From Octopus vulgaris (lineage: Eukaryota), in assembly GCA_951406725.2 (NCBI GenBank), contig OX597816.1, forward strand, positions 147,870,001 to 147,934,000: a DNA stretch of 64,000 bases, read 5' to 3'. Below the pieces are notes generated by a model. It worked only from the letters and a program-made list of their open reading frames with translations, searched no databases and was not told the DNA's origin. Position 1 is the stretch's first letter. Each line of letters opens with the position of its first letter. Positions 36,486 through 50,450 of the stretch are shown one piece after another. The position numbers were made by a program, and so were the translations under genes.

Positions 36486-37477
36486 ACAAATTAATTATAC
36501 ACAGAGAATGTGTATATGTTTGTGTGTGTCTGTGGGCGAATTTTAGTTTTAATATGTCTCTTACCATAGTATCGAGTTGGTACAAGCCTTCTAAATAAAA
36601 CTCATAAACGAAAAATGTTTAGAAGTATGTGGTATGGCAGCACACGTGACTGAAACTACAAAACATAGTCATATACTATCATTATGATTCCCCCAAACAA
36701 TTACGTTAAATACACGTGTTTGCTAAATTATCAACCAATAACATTCTAATTTAATGAGTAGGTTCTTCAGTAATCTGACACTTGGAACACTTGTAGTCGG
36801 AGGTCTACTACTTGTGTGTGTGCATGTCGTCTGTGTCTGTGCGAGAAAGTAACTTTATCTCTGTGTGTGTGTGTGTGTCAGTATATATACTTCTCACGTG
36901 TGTATTTGCGTCTCTGTATATCCTTAAAACTATAACATACTAAGCTTTTTGTAGAGAACGTTGATTATTATGTTATTAGTACGTACGTGTCAACCCCATA
37001 AAGCCTGTAATACTTCTATAGAATTATTATTGCATTCTGAATATTGGTGAAAACGGAAAATACCAGCTAAGATGGTGCTGTAATTTATCGTGATTTTGCT
37101 TTTGTAACAAATCCTACAATAGCTACATGCTGGGAACTTTTTTTTAATATATATTATTTTTTGAAGATTGCTAAGTAGTAAGAATCTTAGAATGGTAAAC
37201 GAAATGTATAGGAATACTTATATAAGACTCTTTATTTTAGCATTGGCTATTTTTCGTCGTTTCGCAGCTTGTAGCTTCTCAAATATAATTGGTTGTATGC
37301 GCAATAGGATACGTAATTCCCGATATTTAATATTGAAATTATAAAGCGATATAATCTATAGCTCCAAAGAGACTCTGAACCGCCCAGCGAAATTCGTTTT
37401 AAATTTATATATTTATATATATAAATATATATATATATATATACACACAATACACTGTTTTAATTTGATATTGCTAG

Positions 37478-38933
37478 TGTTAACCGTGGATGTGCGCTAC
37501 GCGACAGAGGGGGGGGGGCAATTAAACACGCAACACAGGTAATAAGATCGGAGGAGTGGGTACTTTTGCCTTGTACTACGGCAAAGGTGTGGCCAGAGTG
37601 CGAGTAGGCCAACTACCCCCAGAACTAGAAGAAGCATGGCTGATGACAGCCATAATGTTCAATATGAAGGATGGGGCCAAGATACTGAAGGCCACAAGAA
37701 CTAATAAACTTAAATTACTGGGGATATGGGATCAAACTCGCTATCCAGGCAACAGCAGAGGATTTGAATGGGATTGCTGAAGAGAGAGTACTACCAGACG
37801 CCTCGAGATTAAGAATGATGGTAGAGGGCATGCCGCCTGTAATTTTAAATGTGGAGAGAATGGCCACATAAAGGCATGATGCACCCAGAGAAAGCAAGAA
37901 GCAGAGCAGGTGAAGAGACAAGAGAGCATGGACCAGGTAGAACAGGTCGAGACAAAGGAAAAAGAAACAGCGGATGATTTTACAGTGGTAAAAAAAAAGA
38001 GCGGAGGGGTGGGTTATCCGCCAGAGAAACAGAAAAAGAAGAGAGAAGATATGAGAAAAGAAACTGTGAAGGAGGTCAACAGAAAGGAAGATAAAAGGGT
38101 GACAGAAAAAAGAAAGAGGAGTTACAAGTAAAGATACCAGTTGTTCCGATGGAAAAGGATTCGGATATTCAATTAACCGAAGAGGAGATGGAGAGACTAT
38201 TTAGAGTGGAGGAGGAAAATAGAGAACAAAGAGTTCAAACTAAGAGAAAGAAAATACAAGGAGGAAATGGAGTTTGGTATTATGTGACATACCCAAAGAA
38301 TGTAGAAACGGAGAAGAAGATAGTCAAGATTAATCAAATATTAAGAGTGAAAGTACCATCATACATATATGCAGAGGATATGAAGGCGATAGTGACCGAA
38401 AAGGAAAATTGCAAGAAACTGGAAGAAATGCGTGGAGATAGTATTGAACCACCAGGAGTAAGGGTGGAATTCAAAGAATTGCCACCAGTAGTGGACTTAA
38501 TAGAAATTGAACCATTGATGAAGTACTATTAAAAAGAAAATAAGTATGTTAAATTGACAGGAAAAAACTAAAGAAAAACGAAAATGGAAAAAGATGAAAA
38601 TGGAGGAAAAAACAAAGAAAGAGTAAAGTGTTTTATGCTATGTTTTAAAAATATTGAAAAATAGAACAATTGTAGAGAATGTATATAACGGTTCAATTAC
38701 TTGCAATGGTAGGTAACACGATAATTAATTGTTATGAAAATACATAAAAATGGGCTGTAAAAAAAGATTAATGGTACTGCATGTGATGAGGGACGCATGC
38801 AGCCATTCATAACCTCATTGTTATATAATCATCTCATTCATATTCGTTTTATGTTTTGTCCCCTCTGTGGTGTCGTGTCTGTTCTTGTCTGTCCCCCTCT
38901 ATTCTGGGCCCTTGTGGCTAATAAGGAAACAAG
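37478..38933 (+). mobile_element. ORF1-only (HAL1-like) non-LTR element, 5'-truncated and frameshifted; gag-type CCHC knuckle
   Basis: Joined frames give VARVRVGQLPPE...RLRMMVEGMPPVxFKCGENGHIKA*C, then a K/E-rich region to the stop at 38532. A ~400-bp UTR and a SINE-B-like tail follow. No ORF2. Confidence 0.7.
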
Positions 38934-40049
38934 TTGTATAATTGTATTTCTGTATTTGTTTTTTCTGTATAGTATGAAAACATCCTTGTGAGATGTCCGT
39001 TTTAAAAATATGAAAAATATATCGTATTACTTGGCATGTCTCTGGATGGAATTTTTTAATTTTTGCATTATTTTCCTATATATATTGGTTGGTTATATTC
39101 GGTTAAGAACGTAGTAGAGTACAGTATAAAGGTCGTCCACCTTTAGATTTCACCCATTGCTAACCAACAGTAGTATGATACCTACAACCAGATTGGCGTT
39201 GGCATTCTCTAGTGTGTACAAGAAGTACAGAGGAACATTTATTTGTAATCACTAGAATTGTTTACACGCAACACATTTTTCCAGGTTCGTAGGTATTTGG
39301 TTATGTAGCCGTTTCCCTGCATTATTGTGGCTATGCGAGGAAGTAGTAACAACTCAGTATTCCAAAATGTATGATATGGTTGAAAGCTTGTTGATGAAAC
39401 TGCTTTAAATGTATAGGGAGGATGGTTATGCTGTAGATGGTAATTATTGAGGTTCATATTAAAGGGATCGCCAGTCTGTTTCTTTGTACTGTTAAGTTAT
39501 TCTTCATGGTTGATTACGCTTGTAATTTCCATTAGTTGACTTCAAGAATTCACCGGTCATTCAGTTGACGAACTTATATCTACATATACATTAGTCTATA
39601 TAGATCTACGTATATAGATACCCTTATATACACATACATGCTCTCATCTATAAATACATGCATACGTACCTGAATATAGGCCCCAAAACTTTACAAACAT
39701 ACGCTCATGTACGTACACATACAAATTTATATATACATACGCATACACACATATACATCTATATCCATATTCCTGATCATACTGCAGCGAAACGGTTACA
39801 TAACTAAATACCTGCGAATTTGGAGAATTACATTCCGTGGAGACAATGGTAAGGATTACAAATAAATGTTCCTCTGAACTATTTTGTGTTGACTCCAACG
39901 TATTCAGTTATATATATATCATGAGCCAAATGATATATATATCATTGCTAGCCAAAACTTCGTCCTGATATATTTATAGAAGGATAATAACTCTGCAAAT
40001 TTGCGAAACATTCGTGAAATTTAAAGTGAAGGCAATGATTAGAGTGAAT

Positions 40050-40215
40050 TCCTTCAATCCAAATGCAAATATCTCAGCTCGTTTAACGAGGAGTTTTAGG
40101 AATTAAATATCTTGGGCCTGGGTAAAGTGTATTTCTGGTGACAAGATAAACTGCCAAATTGGGAACCTGGTTTCTATTAATCCATTCGTTCGTTAGCTGA
40201 CTGTCTAACAAAGTA
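40050..40215 (+). mobile_element. Possible Copia RNase H C-terminal remnant
   Basis: ttagctgactgtctaacaaag translates to LADCLTK. Little else is recognisable. Confidence 0.3.
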
Positions 40216-41679
40216 AGTCTACCTCTAATCTACAATAAATTGTTTTATAGAAACAAAGTTGTAAAAATGTGAACGAAATATAAAGAAAATAAAATATCAA
40301 TTACTAACAGTTGTGTGAACAGATTTAATCAGTTTCTAGAGTCACATAATTTGGACGAGGCTACAAATACTTTACTTCTTCTCTAAGCAATTAGAGATAA
40401 AGAAAAGAGGAAAGTCACATTCCGAAAAATACGTGAAAGGATATTATTAAAGGAAATAAAATAATCTGTCGATGATAATGAATATAATTGAAGCATTGTA
40501 CAAACAGTTTTTACAGTCGAATTGAAGACTATCGTTAATCATTTGTTTCCGAAATTGTGGTAAAATGATCAAGAAATGATTACAATCTTGAAAAACTGAA
40601 ATAGATGTTAAAATAAAGAAAAAAATGAAAACTGATTATTATGGAAAATAATAAATGTAATTGTGAAAATATGGAGTGAGCGCCATGGATTCTGCAAAGC
40701 TACTTTAATATTCAGCTGAAGCAAATTTGCTTCATGTGATAATGTCTTTCATAAGAAAGACACTACTCATATTTTGTAACACTCTATTTATCGTTTATGT
40801 CTATTCAAGGTGAAAGCTATATCATTAAGCATAAAGCAATATTAAGTTTAAATTAGAGTTTCATGCCAATTAATGGTATACTGTAAATGTTCTTACGTCA
40901 TTAAGGAATAATATATTATATAGTCTCTCCCAAAAGATGCATACATAACATTAATTTCTAATCAAACTAATCATTTTTTTTAGAATGTGTGCACTTCTTG
41001 GTAAGGTACTTAATTTTGATTCTAATTCGAAGCTACGCTATTTTATACCCCAAATGTCTTTAGGAATGACTGTGTCTCTGGATCTTTTATTTTATGCGAT
41101 GAAACTCAACGAGAAAAAATTCACTGTACTCCTTGACTCATACTGGTGAGCACTGCAGAGCAAAGGATAATTTTCGTTATCTGGATTCCATATTACTAAA
41201 TTTAATGGAACCCAAAGTTATAACATATGTATTACATATAATATAACGGTTAGTAACAGAAAGCAATTAACGAGTCAACAGTTGTGGACTGAACTGTTGT
41301 GCAAGAAATAGCTGCTAAATCATTCTCACGAAACGCTATTACAATCTGTGAAAAATTAACAACTCTATAAATAGAAATCCATTTTTACCGAACAGAAAGT
41401 CTGATCGGGATTGAAATACCGTTGAACATACTTTTTTTCTGATAAGAATTTATCTTGGATTTAAATTGGCACAATAACAACTGACATTTTAGCCCCTACT
41501 CCAAAAATAAACACAAAATTGTGCCAAAATATTTATATGTATAAATGTAAGACATATCCGTAGCCATACTCATCTATGTTAGCTCTCTGAAGTCGATATC
41601 AATGCCAATGATATATCAATTATCAGTATATTGACAGGGCACATTTCTGAAAGATGATTGTTATTATGACATTGCATCT

Positions 41680-41900
41680 TAAGGCGGCGAGCTGGTAAAA
41701 TCGTTAGCACAACGGCAAAACATTTAGTGGCATCTAGTCCGTCCTTATTATGTGAGTTCAAATTCCACCGAGGTTGCTTTGCTTTTCATCCTTTCGAGTT
41801 CGATAAAAAAATGTACCATTTGAGTACTAGGGTCGATGTAATTGACTATTCTCTTCTCCTAAATATTTCAAGCCTTGTGCCTATAGTAGAAAGGATTATG
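41680..41900 (+). mobile_element. tRNA-derived SINE family B (tail type 1)
   Basis: taaggcggcgagctggtaaaatcgttagc ... gagttcaaattcc ... ttttcatcctttcgagttcgataaa ... gccttgtgcctatagtagaaaggattat. Confidence 0.85.
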
Positions 41901-42483
41901 GAATTACGGCTTCTCAGAGGACGAGAGAAATTACAGACAAACCGCTACTCGTTTTATTATGTTTAGTTTAACCCGCTCTTCTAGTGTGAAGGTTCACATA
42001 TTTGCAATAAGGGTTGATTGAGTAAGCATAATCAGTACTATGATTTTTTTAACATGGGTCACAAATATACCTCTCACTATTTCACAGATAATTTACTGAT
42101 ACTGGTAAAAGAGCACAATCAATTGCAGAAAATTTGAACACAAAACAGAAGGGGACTTCGCTACATGCTTGCAAGGTATCTTGTCTCCCACTCAACTGAA
42201 TCCGAGAACTATTGCTGTATATCTTTAAAATATTGAGGTCTATTGAAGCAGCTGTATGTATCTCGCTACAGGAAATAACATTTATATGAAGTTAATGTAT
42301 ATTTCTATTATAACGAGTAACTAGAAACGCAGAACATAAAACTATCATCAACATAGAAATACCATTCTGATACACAATACTTTAACATAAAATGGAAAGG
42401 AAAAGAGAAGCGAAAAATAAGTATTGTGAGGAAATGATTTCTGAACAATAAAATACCATTCAAATACCTTTCATCCTTCTGTG

Positions 42484-42600
<117 letters not shown>

Positions 42601-44367
42601 CATATGGACAAGGCGTGATACTAGTTCTAAACATTTTACCTCATAAAGTTGAAAGTATATGGCAATATATTAAAGTACATGCCAGAAGTATAGAATACAT
42701 TTTTTTAATATTAAAGAAGTAAAATTGATATACTTTCTGATGAAAAGCTAAACCCTTTACATTCTGAATAGGAATTCCACTAAGATAGACGTTGTTTTTC
42801 TCAATACACGAACCCTCCCCAATAACACTGAATAAATATTAGAAGTCATATTGTGAAGTCAATTCTATTGAATTTACGCTTTCTTTGCATATTTCTATTA
42901 TTTGCTAAAATCTAAATACAAGTTTATGTATTTTAGCATGCTTAAGTTTTAATTAGAAATAAATACGTGATGGGGTTACACCTTTAGCTCAATGACTAAT
43001 ATTATTTTAAGCATTTCGGCAAATACAAGTAACCGCTCTGGACAGGTTTTGGTGTCCTTCGTAAAACTACGTTTTCACCCTACTAAGTCAAGAAGTGATA
43101 GGACACACATTATGTTACATGTGAGTCTGAAGAAAAATATGCCAGTTAAATGACTCAACAAATCATTGCGAATAATTATTCTGACATCTATTTGCATGAA
43201 AAACAATAGCTTTTTATGTTCTGTGATAATACTTTTGAGATGTTGGTTTTTAGAAATCCATTATTGCTTCACTGAATTTTCAATTGCGAGAATATCAATA
43301 TGTATTTGTGTACTTGAACTTTGTAAGTGGGTATCTCCTCAGCTTTTAAGCCAATGCTCGGAAGTTTGTGCAGAATGTTTGTAAAGTTGTGCAGAAAACT
43401 TATGACGGTTCACCAACCTCTAATGAGTTGTTGTGAGGCCATGTCAAATGATAATTGGAATATATAATAATAGAATATATGATAATTTGTGGTGAAATTA
43501 ATATAGGCTACGGATTGTTTAAATTCTGTAGGAAACTACCGTAATAAAAACATATCTACCGTGTAATAAGTTGAAAGTGAGTTTGTTTTGATTTTGCTTT
43601 TTTTGTTTTTTGTTTCACTGTGTCAATTCCATCATCTACAATAACTCTAAGAGTTATCATCAAATCTGTAGTGAATTGGTTGACTATGCATTGTGATGTA
43701 TTTGTCTAAAATTGTTAGACTTATTCCATATTGGATCGAATTCAGTTTTCATAAATACTGACCCTTCGTTCAATCGTTTCAATATTAGTGGCCATTTTTA
43801 TAGCACTCCTAGCGTTTGTGGAACTGAATTATATAGAGTGGTGTACATCCTTATGTGAACAACTTTAAGCATTGAGAGCGTGCGTCTTCAAAGTGCGGAA
43901 TTCAGTGAATTGTTTTAATCGTGTATTTAAATATTTATGGAATGTCGAAATAGTTGAGCACCGTACAAAAAATACCATTCAGCATTTGGTTATCCCCTAA
44001 TAAATTCCAACTTGTTTTCTCTTTCACAGAAAAACTTTCTTACCCTCTCTTTGCTTTTTCTTATTCTAGCAGCTGCTCGCACATACTCTATATAGATTGT
44101 AGTTTGTTGCTACTTTCGTAGTTTTGCAACATAACTTCACATATTTTTACTAGTAGGTAACCTCCTTTTGATCGAAATATATATCCAATGAATTCATATT
44201 CTTGATTATATAATATGCATATACGCACGAACACGTATAGCTATACATCCGTGCATGAATTTATGAATTCATACATGCTATGCATACTCATGCATACACA
44301 CACATATGCTATATATATATGTATGTATGTATATGTATGCATGTGTATATATGTGTGTATGATGTAC

Positions 44368-44411
<44 letters not shown>

Positions 44412-44519
44412 TTCATATACTCTATATATGTTGTATACATTCATTTATATATTCATATATGTATATATGTGTTTATATATATATATATATATATCATACA
44501 CATTATATATATTGTACAT

Positions 44520-44551
<32 letters not shown>

Positions 44552-46389
44552 CTGCATATATGTGTGCATGTGTGTGTGTATTTATATACATATATGTACC
44601 TACATATATATACCTACATGTATGTATTTATGTATAGTTCTGTTTATCCCTTCATTTAAGACTATATTCATGAAATAACCGATAAATGATTGCTGCTCAT
44701 ATAATAGAAGCACTTAAATATATTACCGCCTAAATATTTCAGATTGAAGATAATGAAGCAAGGCTAATTTTATCCTAAGTGTATGTCTTTAAGTTTTACA
44801 TGAATTTAAGCAGACCTAATTCGATTCCCCCCATCTCCTACACTTGAGAAACCAACAATTTCCTAATGCTAACAATTTAAATAAATTTAAGGGCTTACTT
44901 TACAAAACAGCTATTACTCTATTCAATTGATATACATTTTCCTCATAACGGTAAAATACATTGAACGTGATTGTAGCTGGTGGTTTCTAATGTTTTCATT
45001 TTTTTATTCTGATAACTTTCTGTGAAAATATGCCATGTCCAGGATAATTACACAGGATTTATCATCTTTTATTCATTTCCTAAACTGTGGCATACTATTT
45101 ATCTTCAGGAACATTCCTACTGTGAATTACGAGACGACGAGCAGCAAAAGCATCGGTAATGTAAAAATGCTGAAATAAAACCGTCTCCACGGTCTCTTTC
45201 TCTCCCTCATTCCATCACTCCTTATTCCTCTGCCTCTCTCTCTCTTTCTTCCTCTCTTCCTCCTTGTAAGCTTATTCGACAAATACATATTGTTGATAAT
45301 CAGAGACAGTTTTATGGTTGACAATACGATTTTAATTGGGGTGAAAATAACAGGAATTTCAACTTGCAAGATAACCAACTGATTCACTATCTATATGCAT
45401 TGGCGTCCTCATTATACGTAAATAACAATTCCGATTTTCCCCAGCATTATAGGAACACACGCGCGCATTCTTCCTTTGCTTCTCTCTCTCTCTCTCTCTC
45501 TCTCCCTCTCTGATCATAGTGACAATTCAGGAAATATCTCCATATTACTAGAATATGCATGTATGATACGACAGTGACGAATCTGGAGAATAATATCTGG
45601 TTACAGATATCTGAACTGATAAAGGTAGTCCAACGAATTAAGGTAACAGGCCTATGAGCTGAATCCAATGTAGGAATCTAAAGTATAGAGCGGTAAAGAA
45701 TGTTTCCCACAATGTTCAGTGAAGATCAGTGATAATTTGCTTTGTATTAACCTCCTCATCAGAGATCTGTATTTATTGTTTCGCTCTGCCCAGTAGTTAT
45801 TATTGGCACGTAGACTTATTACATTTTGGAATGCATACAAAAATGATTTATCGTTAATAGCTCTTCAACTAACATGAGGAAGCGATGTTTAAGTAATTCG
45901 ATAGCTTTCATCACAAAAGTAAACGAAAAGTAATCATGGATGTAGTCTGTTTGAGGTATAACTTTACTCGATGATACGGAACAAAATTTAGTTTTTTTCG
46001 GGTTCAGTTCAAAATCTTAAATCTATGTTTATATCTTTTATTCATAGCGCATAAAACTTTAAGAAAATAGTAACAAAACCTATGTAGACTGGATCATTAC
46101 TCGTAATTCTTGATCTGTTCTTCTACAATTTATTTATTTCCTTGAAAAATGTAGGATTTCTGGTGACATGAAATGCAAATTGTTTGTTGGAAGGTTTTGA
46201 TATTCTGCCTTCAATTACCGGTTTAAGGGAGAGACATGATTATAAAAAGTGACCGACACTTTGATAAGTTTACTAAGATGACTGTCTGAACATATATTTG
46301 ATAATAGTAATGATTACATACCAACTAATTCATAAGTTATGTGAGCAAGATAAAGTTTTATATATATATATATACACACACACACAATA

Positions 46390-46770
46390 GCGCAGGAGTG
46401 GCTGTGTAGTAAGTAGCTTGCTTATCAGCGACATGGTTCCGGGTTCAGTCCCACTGCGTGGCACCCAGGACAAGTGTCTGTAGCCTCAGGCCGACCAATG
46501 CCTTGTGAGTGGATCTGGTAGACGGAAACTGAAAGAAGGACGTCGTAAATATGTGTGTGTACATGTGTGTGTATGTGTTTGTGTGCGTGTATGTTTGTGT
46601 GCCTGTGTTTGTCCCCCAACATCGCTTGACAACCGATGCCGGTGTGTTTACGTCCCCTGTAACAGCGGTTCGACAAAACAAGCCAATAGAATAAATACTA
46701 CGCTTACAAAAAATAAGTCCTGGTGTCGATTTGTTCGAATAAAGGCGGTGCTCCAGCATGACTGAAACAA

Positions 46771-46771
<1 letters not shown>
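46390..46771 (+). mobile_element. tRNA-derived SINE family A
   Basis: Colinear with 23280-23690. Confidence 0.9.
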
Positions 46772-46828
<57 letters not shown>

Positions 46829-47949
46829 TATGTTCATGGATTAAATAACTGTCACAGCGATTTACAATCGTAAATAAGTTTCAGATATTCATGATGAAAT
46901 TTTAATCTTTGATGCACAACTAAAGCAATGATTTTCGCAGTAATGGTTTTACGCTGAAACAACGCCAGTTTTATATAGGAGAATGGGATTGATATTAATT
47001 GGTCTACTAGTATTGTAACTGTTTTATCGATTCCCGTGGACTAATAAATAACTGGGTAAATTACTCTAATTCAGTTTCTATTTTGTTTGTATATTTTGTT
47101 TTGTGGGTGTTTTTAATAAAGAAAATAAACATATTGTAATTTGTATCGTTTTAATCGCCCATTCTGAGACAGAAAAATGGTTTGACACTTTAAAGACTTG
47201 AACTCAGAGACGAGGCAGATTAGACTATAATTTTATAGAATGTTGTTAATCAATCTCTTACCTGACCTCTCATGCACTACTCTGCTGATCCAAAACGAAG
47301 AGCAATACTGTTTGGAAATTGCGTTTTATTTTTAGTTCTCTTCCTAATGTGTTTCATATCTCGTAAATATGTTTCGCTTTCTTATCTGACATGATTATTG
47401 CGTGCTTCTTAATTATTATCTATTCAATTAGTACATGATCTTAGCACATATTACATTTTACTAAGACAATGAAAATAAACCGCTCACATTCAAATATACC
47501 AATAGCAACCAATAATCAGCATTTTGACATTTTCCTATCGTACTGTTAATGTTTTTCTGAGTGATAAAACTTTTATCGCAGTGTATGTTCTCTTTTGTAT
47601 GTCTTCTTCTGAATATTAACGTCAACGCATTGCAAAGATAATGTTGCCATTTACGAACTATAACATGGATGGCGAACCTATATATTAATATGTGAAGACT
47701 GCACGGATTTTGGTATAATAAAACATGGCTGTATTTGTTTGTAAAATGCAATTATTGTTACTAAAGAAAGATAAAATCATGAACTTATAATTACTTAATT
47801 ATATAACAAAATTTAATGGATAGATATAACATTATACATTCTTATTTTAAACGTTACTCAAACATGCGACGAGTTTTATTTGCCTAAAATTTGGAAATTT
47901 CAGTTTTCGAAGTACCAAGGTAAAAGTGGCCGGTATTATATTTTTCTTT

Positions 47950-50450
47950 TTTTTATCGGATTGCGATTGGTTGACAGCTTTCAGTTAAACTTTGCAATCA
48001 TGATCTGGTGGAGTTTATTGATACTTTAAAGCTTTAATCTTTCAGATGCCATCCCGATTCTTGTCGATGTAAGAGGGAATCTAACTGATAGAGTCGTGCT
48101 TGTTGAACAAGATTTCTGATAATGCGAAAGGGGCATTCATCGACAGAATTGTAGCAAACAAAGAACTTGCTCAGGAATTTTTTTCAATATGTTTGATAGA
48201 ATTTTCTGTGAATTTTGTCTTCCAGATGACGACGTGTGTACAGCTGAGTTTTGAGTATGTAATGCTTGCATATCGTTAAGTAGCATCAATCGTTTTAGCT
48301 TCTTCGAGCTAGAGTTCATATTTAATGCAGACGTTAAGCAAAACGAATCCAAAGAGCTGTCCCATTATGAGTGGCGATTAAGCTCAGTACTTGTTCATAA
48401 AGCTTAGAATGAGTTGAGATGCATTAGAGAGACATAATGGTGTGACGCGAAGCGTTAAAATATCACTCCGTTGATTTTCTGTAGCTTTCATGAACTCAAT
48501 GTGAATACTATAGTTTCTCAAGGCATGTATGAGAATTCTTGTCATCAGTGAATTGACCCTGAAACATTAAACAGGAAATATGTATTCTGAAGACAACGAA
48601 TAGTCGCACGCAAACGCAACGAGCATTTTATTTATTCATACTTACAAACATTAAATAAAAGTATGGGATCTTTCAAATCGACATTGAGACGTTCAAATTG
48701 TTGTGCAGGCTTGATAAATTTGGCATGGAGCGAGTCGTAGACTGGTTGATTCATTTTCAAGTAAGTGTTGGAATCGTAGAATGATTTGTCTTTTAGATTG
48801 CACAAGTTCTTATTATATATGACTGTCCCAAAATTGAGTTATTGTCGGATGACACAAAAACGTATGTAAATTTATGATTCCAAGAAATATTATAAAATTT
48901 ATCTTGTTATAGCATCAGCGGCTGTGTTATATTCGCCAGGTCATAATTTTTTGACAGATAATTCAATAAGGTTATGAAATTTTATCATTTTTCGTTTTTC
49001 TTATTGAAAAGTGTGTAATGCAGTATTGCCTCACACTAAACAGATTTGCCATTTCATAACATTTTGTAGGATAGACTTAACACACGTTTTAATTGGTGAG
49101 AAATGTTACTCAAAATTAGATAAGTTCTGGAAAACAAAGCGGAATGTTTAATGTACTGAGAATGGCATTTCGAATGTTAATTCCAGAAGCATTAGTTCAA
49201 AAAGTAGAGGAACATCGGATAAGATAGTTGGACGAAAGGAGCTTTCTGCTGAGGTTTTTAGTAGACACCTTTGTGCTGTGGAAAAGTAAGATGTAGTAGG
49301 GTCTTGACTTAGTTCTGATAAAGAAAATACAAATTTGGTGCAGTTATATAGTATTGGCCGGTATCAGATAATCAGCAAGACGTATCAGTTTTCCCAACCT
49401 TTTCAGTGAACTGGTTTGTATTGTGTATTCTGAGTAACAAATGGATGTCTGACCGAGAAGACATTTGTCATTGTTTATATAATATTGGAGTTGTTCAGTA
49501 CTGAAATAGACCGAAGTTTCCATCATGCTCTTCAATCATTTCACCAATGACCATAAAATTCTCGTGATTTGTGTGAACTCCCTTGATATTGTTGGTGATT
49601 ATATCATCAATCATTCTTTCAGAAGCACTTACGACATTAGTCATGCAAAAGTGTAAATTTGTAAACTGGAAAAAAGGTTCCAAGAGCTTGAAAACCAGTG
49701 TATTGCTATTATGGAGTGGAATATGAACTAATGCTGCTTTCAAATATAGTTCTTGCATGAAATAGAATGCATGAAATTGTCTATGTTGGGAGTGCATGGG
49801 TGTCAGTAGCAGTTAATTGCATGTAAATAGTTGGTATAAAAAAGAGTATTGTTATCACTGTTTTTCTAACTGCTACCGCTTGTGCTGGCCATGGATAGAC
49901 TGAGGACTCAAAAGTACTATTATAAAAAAAGTTGTTTTAATCATTTAACAAACATTTCATCAGGTGAGATTTATTGGCAATTGATTTCAAATCGCTATAC
50001 AGATGTGACAAAATACGAGATGCCTGTGACATGAAAGCAAATACTTAAATGATGTCCCGAGATCAAATATAATAATGTTGTGTTAAGAAAGTTGCATCCC
50101 AGAATTTCAGAGCATTACTCGTTCGACAAAACATTTAAATGGATCGTGTCTTACAAATATACATATATGAAGATTCTGAACTAAAGATGAACAAAGCTCT
50201 TTCACGTAGGTGAATTACAAAATTATAATTTTCCCCAGTTTCATCAAATGGACATTTGTAATCTGATGTCTGGGACTTAGCAAACCCTTGTGAAAGAGCA
50301 GAGGCGTTCAAACCTGCATGATCTGATAGTGCAATTTGTGTGCATATAATCCCACTGGATCTACCTCTAGGTCCACCTTTGCGGCATTCAATACAAGTTT
50401 AATCAATACAAAATAAATGTTAGAATGATATAAGCGTACAACACACATGA
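47950..50450 (-). mobile_element. Highly decayed Ty3/Gypsy LTR-retrotransposon pol (RT-RNase H-integrase)
   Basis: Motifs in Gypsy order: LYLKAALVHIPL and FQFTNLHFCMTN...ERMID...IGEMIEEHDGNF (RT), KNDKI..IELS..PGEYNTAADAITR (RNase H end), LHTFLCHP and FIKPAQQFERLNVDLKDP (integrase). No LTR pair found. Confidence 0.75.

Noticed and set aside
37250-37290. UUGAGAA..GAAAC hammerhead-like word on the minus strand (a similar weak case lies at 60755-60795)
   Set aside because: Stems and the NUH/core are too degenerate to distinguish from chance in AT-rich DNA.
48559-48645. Apparent 87-nt GT-AG intron between two open frames
   Set aside because: Splicing gives a stop, and the whole stretch reads as contiguous decayed Gypsy integrase.
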